Shown here: positions 55,492 to 64,000 of the stretch, piece after piece
How positions within the stretch are numbered: position 1 is the first letter of the stretch
Layout of the letters: every line of letters begins with the position of its first letter
Assembly (NCBI GenBank): GCA_965112735.1
Contig: OZ218952.1
Location: 2,232,001 to 2,296,000 of the forward strand
DNA from: Phaeosaccion multiseriatum
Lineage: Eukaryota > Protista > Ochrophyta, other classes
DNA length: 64,000 nucleotides
Direction: 5' to 3'
Notes under the pieces: generated by a model
Database searches by the model: none
Seen by the model: only the letters and a program-made list of their open reading frames with translations
What the model was told of the DNA's origin: nothing
Position numbers and translations under genes: made by a program

Positions 55492-56219
55492 ATGTCGCAG
55501 CACAGCAGCAGTAGCGGGGGGAATGGGAGTCATTCAGGGAGGCGCTCGTCGACGGCAGCCAAGGTGGAAAGCATTCTTGCCTTCCTGGACAAAGTCCAAA
55601 CAACAAACTCCTCGTCTTCTGAGGAGTACCATGGGCACGAGCACCAACGACTGACGCCGCCGCACTCTCCCCTTTCCAGCCCTAGCAAGGCTTCTACCAC
55701 GTCGAGCCCGTTTGCAAATCTGCAGCAGCGAGGCGCATCTCCTGGAGGACAGGACGCAAGGTCGAGTAGCAGCTCATCATCCGCAGGAGGTAGGCGCCGA
55801 AGGAGGGGCGAAGGCGTGCAGCAGCAACTTCACCGGGAAGAAAGACAGAACAATGATGACCACAGTCTATCCTATTCGATGAGCACCTCTCAAACGAATG
55901 GGAGCCGGGGAGGAGGCAAGAGTGCCTCCGGAACGTCGACAGTAGGAATCCTGGAGCACAACAGCACCAGTGGCACTAGAAGCAACGTGTCCATCGAGAA
56001 GCATCGTCCGAGACGAAAGTGGGTGTGGGATGATTGGGACGACGATGAAGTGGTAGCTGCAAGTAGCGCTGTTGGGGAGGCGCAGCACCAGCAGCCTCCC
56101 CCCACATGGGGACGGGACGACAGAGACAAAGGCGATGCAATGGTCGAGGAGCAGCTTCGCCAGTACAATAGCCAAAGGGCGCCCTCCTCTGACGGCGACT
56201 ACCACCAGAGAGGTCGTTC

Positions 56220-56253
<34 letters not shown>

Positions 56254-58603
56254 GAGGAGGAGGAGGAGGGTGATGACAGCCGTTCGTACTTTGGCGGAGG
56301 GGGGGAGGGGCCTCCTCGACCGAATGACGGATCTGGGGCCCCACGGGGCGGGAGAGACCCGTACGGGGATGGAGATGTCAGTGTGGTATCCTCCGTCACA
56401 GCCGCCACGTATTCAGTGGTGGCGGCAGAGGATATAGCGGCCAAGGTGAGTGTGTCTGTTGCGTTTCGTTTGTCACAAGGAGGAGGGGGGGAGAGAAGGC
56501 GAGGGCTGGACAGAAGTAATCGTGCATATGCGTGTACGTAAGAGAAGAAGATAGAAGAATGTGCCCTTTTTTTAACACCTCCTCCTCCTGCTCCTCCTCC
56601 TCCTCCTTTCGCAGATTTCATCAATGAAGGCAGAGCTGAGAGGGCGCAAGGACGAGGTAAGGTAGTGGAATCGAAAGCGAATCGAATCGAAACGTTGCCG
56701 TTAGCATAACAAATTTCCTGCCCATCTGTGCATCCGGCTTCTACACGCGGCGCGCACCCCTCCCCCCGTCCTCCTTTCTTCTTCCCATCCCCTATATCCC
56801 ATTCCCCTGGCCTCTGCTGTTCGGTCTCTTGCCTCTGATTACGCCTGTCTCTCTGTCTCTGCCTCTTGCCCTCTCTCTGCTCTGTGCTCCTCGCCGTGCA
56901 GGTGATTGAGCTCAAGACCGCCCTGGCGAGGTTGCGCGCCTCCAACGCGCGGCGGAGAGAGCGTCTCGCAGCCAAGTGGGCAGCCAAGCAGGAGCAAGTC
57001 AAGGAGCAGCGCAAGAGCGCCATAGACAGGTGAGTCACTATCTTTGGGTTGGCTGCTTGGTTGGTTGGCTTGGTTGGTTGGTTGATTGGGTGGGTGGTAG
57101 GTTGGTTGGTTGGTTGGTTGATTGGTTGATTGGTTGATTGGGTGGTTGGTTGGTTGCTCCTTCTCGTTTCCTCTAGGGAACGAGTACCAGAGATTCGAGA
57201 CGAGAAGTGTGATGATCTTCGCCAAAGTGTAACGACTTGTCTATGTTCCTCCTATTCCCGCCCCTGCAGGCAGCGAAAGTTCACCGCCGAGGTGGAGGCA
57301 GATGTGGAGGCTCTAAGCAAGAGAAGCGATGAGCTCGAGCGACAAGTACTCAAGGTGTGTGCGTGCGTGCGTGCGCCACTCGGGACCCACTCGTCACAAG
57401 AGAAGCCGTGGTGGAAGGGGGCTTTGCTATAAGCCACCTACCTACCCTACCTAGACGGACTGGCTACCCGCCTACCCGCCCGCCTGCCTGTCTGACTGAG
57501 ACTGTCTGACTGCCTGATGTACGCCTTGGTGACGGCTGCTGCTGCTGCATGTACCAGGCTACTTCTCAAAGACATATTCACCCCCCCCCCTTCCTTCCCA
57601 CTTCGCCCCCTCTCCCTTTCTTCCCCGGTCCAGTTGCGCACGGGTCGACAGCGTGACCTTGACTTGTCCCGCCTCAAATGTGCCAAGGAGCTCAAGAAGG
57701 CAAGGGAAGCTTGGGCAGCGACCGAGAGGAGCAAGCTAGAGAGGCTGGCCAGTCAGAAGATGGGTGCTATCAAGCAGGTACAGAGAGAGAGAGAGGTTGA
57801 GAGTAGAGGGGATGGGAAGGAGAGAGGGTGAGGGAGACAGAGAGGTGAGGGGGAGGGGGGGAGGGGGAGACAACAAGCGAGCGAGCGAGAGAGAGAGAGA
57901 GGGAGGGGGAGGGAGGGAGGGAGGGAGAAGGAGAGCGAGTGCGAGAGGGAGAGGGAGGCGGGGGGGCAGAGAGAGGAAGGATGGACATTGGGGTGGAGGG
58001 GATCTGAATCGGGGGCGGTGGCTGAAGGCAAGGCAGAGCAATACTGTGCTACAACTTTAACTCCCCTCGTCGCACACGCGCAAACATACGTATGCACGCA
58101 CAGGGGGCCATCAAGGCACTGGAGCCGGAGCTGGCCATGCTCGTGAGTGACAACAGAAAGGCCCTGGCGCAGGCCAAAGAGCAGGGCAGGGAGGAGATGA
58201 AGCAGCTTGCCCTCGCCTTGGAGAGGGAGGTGGAGAACCACGTCAATGCAGAGACCATCAAGATGTGAGTGAGGGAGAGAGGGAGGGAGGATGGAGTGAA
58301 AGGAGCGAAGGGGGGGCTGTGCTTTAGCAAGTGTTCCCTTTACTATTCTCTGCTTCCCTTACGTGGCTGCTGCTGCTCTCTTTCTCTCTCCCTCTCCCTC
58401 TCCCTCTCCCTCTCTCTCTCTCTGCGGTACTGTGCGGGCAGCCAAGCCGAGATGGATGCTCAGGTGGCCGCGGCCAAGAGAGAGATCGCTCACGCTCAGA
58501 GGCTCACCACCAGAGAAGGTTTGATGTGGGGGGACAGGGAGCCACAGACTCGCTGACTCGCTGCTGCGACTCAGTCTCTCTCTCGCTCGCTCACACGCAC
58601 CTC

Positions 58604-58647
<44 letters not shown>

Positions 58648-61146
58648 CACGCCCTCGCTCCCCCCACACCCGACCTCAGCGGAGTCTCGAGCAGCGGAGG
58701 TTCGAGACCAAAGCCGCCGGGCCATGGAGCAAGAGAGAGTGCGCTTTGAGGCTGACCGAAAGCGCCTGCGTGAGGCGGGGTGCAGCAGACTAGCCGGGGC
58801 GAGGGAGGAGGGCTTGCAGCAAGCGGCGGAGGCGGATCGAGAGTGCGAAGAGGAGCTGGCCCTGCTCAAGGCGAGGGGAGAGGCCGAGGTGGAGGACAGG
58901 AAGGAGTTGAGAGCGGAGCAGCTGGAGGCGCTGCGGAGGGAGGTGAGCGTGAGTGGGGGAGGAAGGAGGGGGGTGGGGGGGAGGGTTGATGGCAGTAGAT
59001 GGATGGTGGCCCTTGCTCGGGATGCTTTTTGTCTTTTTTTTCGCTTGGTGCTGCTGACGCTAATGCCGATGCCCTGGGCTGTGCTGTGCTGCACGCGTAC
59101 AGGTGACTGCGGAGCTCCAAGAGGAGTCCCTGCGGCGACAGAAAGAGCTCAAAGCCGCAACGAAGGTAATATGACACGTACACAGCACAGCCCGAAAATG
59201 TCGAAAGGCACGCGGAACGAGAGGGAGAGAGAAAGAGAAAGGGCCCGCCTTGTTCCGTTTGGCTCTATCTCTATCTTCGTCTCTCTCCCTTTCCCTCTCT
59301 AGCTCTCTCGCTCGCCTCCTTTTCCTTCAGCTCCGCCCTTCTTTTTGCGATTGCCCTGGTGCCATCAACCCCGCCTCGCCTCATCCCGCCGTCTTTCTTC
59401 TCTCCTCTCCATCTCCCCCCTCCCCTACCCTTGCCCCCTTCAATGCCCCTCTTTGCCTCTACGTATGTGTGCTTGCTGTGTGCGTATGTGCAGGCCAAGT
59501 CGGATGGGGAGGCAGACATGGTGAATAAGAGACTCAGGGATGAAGCGGCAGAACATCTCCAAGCCATGCAGGCAGATGTACGTCCTTCCTTCCGGACTTG
59601 TTTCCTTCCATTCGCCCTACCCTCCTTCCTTCCTTCCTGCCTGCCTGCCTTCCTGCCTGCCTGCCTTCCTTCCTTCCTTCCGTCCGTCAGCCCGTCCGTC
59701 CTTCCCTCCTTCCTTCTTTCCGCCCCCCCCCCCCGCCCCGCGTGCGCGCTTCTCCCTCACACATTCTTTCTTCCTCCCCCCCCCGCCGCACACTCTCTCT
59801 TCCTCCATCCCTCTCTCTTTGTCCCTGCCTCCCTGCCTCCCTCCCTGTGGCCGCCTCGTACGCTGCTTGTGATGCACAACAGAGAGACAAGGAGGTGGAA
59901 GAAGTGAAGCAAACGCTTCGGGCGAGCCTACAAGCCGCGGTGGAAGAGGAGAGGGCAGCCCGGCAGAGGTATCACGACGACAGGGATGCACAGGCACAGG
60001 TCAGTCACAGTCACAAGTCACTCTCTCACTCACTCACTCCCTCACTCACTCATCCACCCACCCAGCCACCCACCCATCCACATTCACTCACTCACGCACT
60101 CATTCACTCACTCACTCATACAGCACTAATACAAAGGAGTACTGACTGCAAAGCAAATATTGAGAGTGACATTCCCTCGGCCTTTCTTCGTTGCGACCTT
60201 GGACCTCACGTACATGCATGCCCATACACACACGCATGCCCATGCACACACACGCACACCCGTACGCACAGCTGGAAGGAGATGTGAAGGAGCTGGAACA
60301 GCGCATTGCGTCGGCAGAGGGGGAGGAGCGCGAGCTTCGAGCGATGCTGCAGGGCCTCACCGACACGGCGGCGCAGGAGAGAGAGCAGCACCGACAGCGA
60401 CTGGCTAAGCTGGAGGAGGAGCTCGAGCAGGAGAGAAAGGACGCAAGGACCCAGGTATACTGAATGTAGTCGACGGCGTACGGGGTGCGGGGTAGGGTAG
60501 AGGGTAGGGGTTTAGGATCAGTGGTTAGGAGGGAAGCGGCGTATAAGCAGCTGTGGTATCACCAAATGATCACCGACCTACCTGCCTGCCTTCATTCCAA
60601 TCTCATTCTGCTCGATTCGGCAGATGGCGGCGCTCCAGCAGAGAGCGGAGAGCTCGGATGATGCCCTTGTGCAGGTGGTGGCCGAGCAAGCGAAGGAGCA
60701 AGAGCGTGTCAGGGCAGAGCAGAGGGACGAGGTGGAGGCCATCGAGATGAAGGTATTGCGCAAACACACGTACACACACGACACACACACGCGCGCACAC
60801 ACCCATACACCAACAACAACGCACACGCGCGCAAACACGCGCACACACACTCACACACACGTACACACACGTACACACACGAGTAGGCAACCCATACCAC
60901 GCCCTCTTCTCCACCTCCTGCTCCTCCCCGTTCCTTCTCTCCCTTCCCTTCCCGCCCCATCCACTGACTACCACCCCCCCGCCTCCCTCGCTCTCCACCG
61001 CCGCTGCCCTGCACTAGATTGACGCTGTGATTCAGCGCAAGCGAGAGCAGCTGCAGAGCCTCAGCGCACAGCTCACGGCGGCCCAGACGGAGAACGCTCT
61101 CCGCGATCAAGAGCTCGAAGAGGCAAGGAAGAAGACCTTCTCGTGA
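55492..61146 (+). CDS. CEP131: CEP131/AZI1-like centriolar-satellite coiled-coil protein
   Basis: KELKKAREAWAATERSKLERLASQKMGAIKQ|GAIKALEPELAMLV resembles the CEP131 conserved block (E.KK.KE...ATEK.RREKW..EK.K.IKE.TV.GLEPEI). N-terminal VESILAFLDKV. Many coiled-coil exons; TGA ends at 61146. Confidence 0.65.
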
Positions 61147-62217
61147 TGGGCGAACAACACCTTGTCATGAGGCCGTCTCGTTCGGCGTGAGAGGGCATGG
61201 CTGGAGCCTTCCTTCTCTTGTGGCGTGAGAAGCATGAGCGAATGAGCAACGCCTTCCTGTGAGGCTTATGAAGCACAATGAGAGCGGGCTGTGGGAGGGG
61301 CTGGTGCTCATGCTGCCCATTTGCCGCTCCGGCGTTGTTGGGTTGGGTTGGCACAAGGTTGGCATGGATGTTTGTTACTGCTGTCCCAAACACGAATGAG
61401 ACGGCAGCCAGTTTGCCAGCCCGTCGGAAGGTCAGGCGGTCAGTCATGTCCGTCTGTCTGCCCGTCCGTCAATCAGTCAGTCAGTCGGTTAGCCTTCCGT
61501 GAGGGCTCTCGCAGGTGGCTGTGTAGAATGCTCTTGAGGCCATACATAAAGTCTATCGATTAGTACAAGGAGCGTACAAGGTAGGAGAACAGGTGGCCTG
61601 CCTGTGGTAGTGACTGCAATATGTGAGCCCATCAGCCACGGTGGATATCTGCCTCTGCTGCGGCTTGTGTCAAGGCTCAGAGGTGAGGAGCACACACAAT
61701 TCTGGCCACAACACGCAAAGCCGATGTCTCCAATAATGCCGCACTACGCATTTCGAGAATCCTTGGGGCATGGCTCCCCCCTCACGCTCTCTCACATCGC
61801 TTCTCCTTTGGGTGTGGCTTCTATCCGGGACGATGCGGTCGTTTCTCCTCCTCCTCTCCGTCCTCCTCCTCCTCCTCCTCCTCCTCCTCCTCCTCCTCCT
61901 CCTCCTCCTCCTCCTCCTCCTCCTGTTGCTGCTGATGCTGCTGATGCTGGTGCTGGTGCTGCTACTGCTGCAACTGCTGCCCCAGATTGCTGCTTTGGTT
62001 ACTTCTGCAGTCATCGGGCAAGAACCGTTCCACCACCACCACCACCACCACCACCACCACCACCACCAGCACCACCACCACCACCAGCAGCAGCAGCAGC
62101 AACAGAAGCGACGGCGAGCACACGCTCCACTCAAAAGGCTTCCTGTGCTCGCCACAGAACTATTCGAAAAGTCAGTAACGAGCTCCTCATTCTCGATCCG
62201 TTCAAGCAATGATCAGA

Positions 62218-63022
62218 TCAGAAGCGCCCCTTCCTACTTGTGGCTCTGCTAATGACGCTGTCAGCCACAGTTCTGTCCGACCGCTGGCTCACTCCCCCCC
62301 CTCCTCCCCCTCCTCTCCTCCCCGCTGTCACATGGTTGGACAAGTCTAGCCGCCGAGAGCCGTCGCCGCCACCGACACTGCCATTACTGGACCTCCTCCC
62401 CACCCCGTATTGGTCTGCTGCGCCTGGCCCTGAGCCCGCCCTCGACGAAGCTAAGTTCATCTCGTGGCGCATACTTCTCATCGAGCTGCTGCCATCTCCT
62501 CCTCCTCGTGTGCTGCCTGCGGTGGAGCGCTGTGAGACTGCCCCTCGGCCTGTGCATCCGATTGGCGGAGAGGGGAGAGAAGAGGAGAGAAGAGAGATTG
62601 ATTATAGAGAGCGTGAGAAGAGAAGGAGAAGAAAGAGATGAGAGAGGAGGTGACAATGAGAAAGAGGAAGAGGAAGACAACAAAAGAAGAAAGGGAGAAA
62701 CAGAGCTGAGCAAAAGAAGGGGAGAGAGGGAGGCGTGAGGGCAGCGGCGGAATGGGGACCGACCGAAAGGAGTGCGGCGTTTGTGTGGTTTTTTACAATA
62801 ACACTGTACATCAGATGGAGCAGCGGATGACACCAATACGTGGTTGAGTGAGGAGAGGGGAGATAGAACCGATGGAACACATGAAACAAACGGACCTGTT
62901 CTGCTCGTGGGAGGAGGTTGAGGGGGCTCGCCCTCCACGAAGTCCGGATAGGCTTTGCTAAAGGCACCCAGCCCCCCTGTGTGAGTAGGTATGTAGGTGT
63001 GTGGGTGTGTGTGGGTGTGTGG

Positions 63023-63094
<72 letters not shown>

Positions 63095-64000
63095 CGACAA
63101 TGGTAACCAGTATATAGCAATGGTGAAATGGTGGTGGGAGATTGGTCGTGGGAGAGAGAGACGTCAAGGCACAAAGGGTGTAAGAGGGGGGCGGAAGAGG
63201 TGGGGGGGGGGAGGGGTTCACTCGCCATTTAAATGAAGGCTGTAGCGCCGTCCCTGCGGTAGGCAAATCAAAGCCGCACCCGAGCGCACTCAAGTATCCC
63301 GCCGCGCCGCCCATTCGCCCCCTCCCTCCCTCTCTCCCGCTCACCCTCGAACATCCTCCCCCTCCTTCTCCTCCTCCTCGTCCTGGTCCTCCTCCTGGTC
63401 CCTCTCCCCCACCTGAGAGCACAAAGATGTTGGTGAAACCCCTGGCAATGAGTGTGTTGGCGGCCTCTACGGCTAGGCGCTCCTCCGACTCGTACAGCAC
63501 TATGAGCTTGCCCTCCTGGTTGCGGAACCTTACAAGCTCTTGCGTTTGCCGGTCTTGCTTGAGATTCGACGCCGGAAAACAACGGGCCTAAGTCGTACAA
63601 TAGGGAGAGGGGGCAGGAAGGAACGCAGGCAGTGAGGCGTCTCTCGGTTTCAGCGTTGGCATGACTTGACATCATGGACGCAAGTTCAAAAGGGTAGACA
63701 GCGCAGCCCCACCCGGTGAGGGTGTAGACATTTCTCTCTGCAAGGGGAAGATCCTTCGCTACGGGTTCCTTCCATTGTTGCCGTCCTTCTTTCTTCCTTC
63801 CCTCCCTCCCTCCCTCTCTCCCTCCCTCCTCCAGAGCGTGACCATCGGTCTAGTGCCCCTCGCCTCTCCCGCACAGCGTCGTGTGTTTACCTGTGTGATG
63901 TGGCACAGTGAGAAGTCCTCGGGCCGCCGCATGTCAAGTATCAGGTACGGCCGATCGTATTCCGGGCGGTCCTGAACAGGCCGGCGGGGAGGAAGGAGGG
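62218..64000 (-). CDS. CEP41: CEP41 (rhodanese-like domain ciliary protein), 5' part outside the window
   Basis: Spliced reading RPYLILDMRRPEDFSLCHITQ|ARCFPASNLKQD..FRNQEGKLIVLYESEERLAVEAANTLIARGFTNIFVLSG|GLGAF..YPDFVEG matches the CEP41 rhodanese-like domain. Confidence 0.82.

Noticed and set aside
61604-62252. Poly-Pro, poly-His and poly-Trp ORFs
   Set aside because: Trinucleotide repeats between convergent CEP131 and CEP41 stops.

Overview
Eukaryotic, GC-rich, intron-containing nuclear DNA with microsatellite-stuffed GT-AG introns. The gene content (flagellar genes, bipartite signal-plus-transit presequences, WRKY19-like Cys/His repeat proteins) points to a flagellated alga with a complex plastid, probably an ochrophyte stramenopile; this is inference and the species cannot be called. 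About 16 protein-coding genes can be supported: a partial SURP-domain gene, a coiled-coil protein, a ubiquitin-like domain fused to DRC2/CCDC65, two WRKY19-like zinc-finger proteins, an ARM-like protein, a TKL-like pseudokinase, NCA2/DGS1, an FMR1/FXR-like KH protein, organellar MetRS, a PPR protein, M18 aspartyl aminopeptidase, a TehB/YeaR-like (DUF1971) protein, organellar RF2, CEP131 and a partial CEP41. Most notable: (1) an in-frame Ubl(LRGG)-DRC2 fusion; (2) one targeting presequence duplicated onto two unrelated organelle gene-expression genes (PPR and RF2) 12 kb apart, with frame-preserving divergence; (3) a ~2.5 kb transposon-like relic rearranged into long hairpins from diverged copies; (4) an FMR1-like protein with a polyQ N-terminus in place of Tudor domains; (5) an identical AT-rich 18-mer between two convergent gene pairs. 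All family assignments come from motif recognition by eye, not database searches. Exon boundaries were worked out by hand, fully only for some genes.
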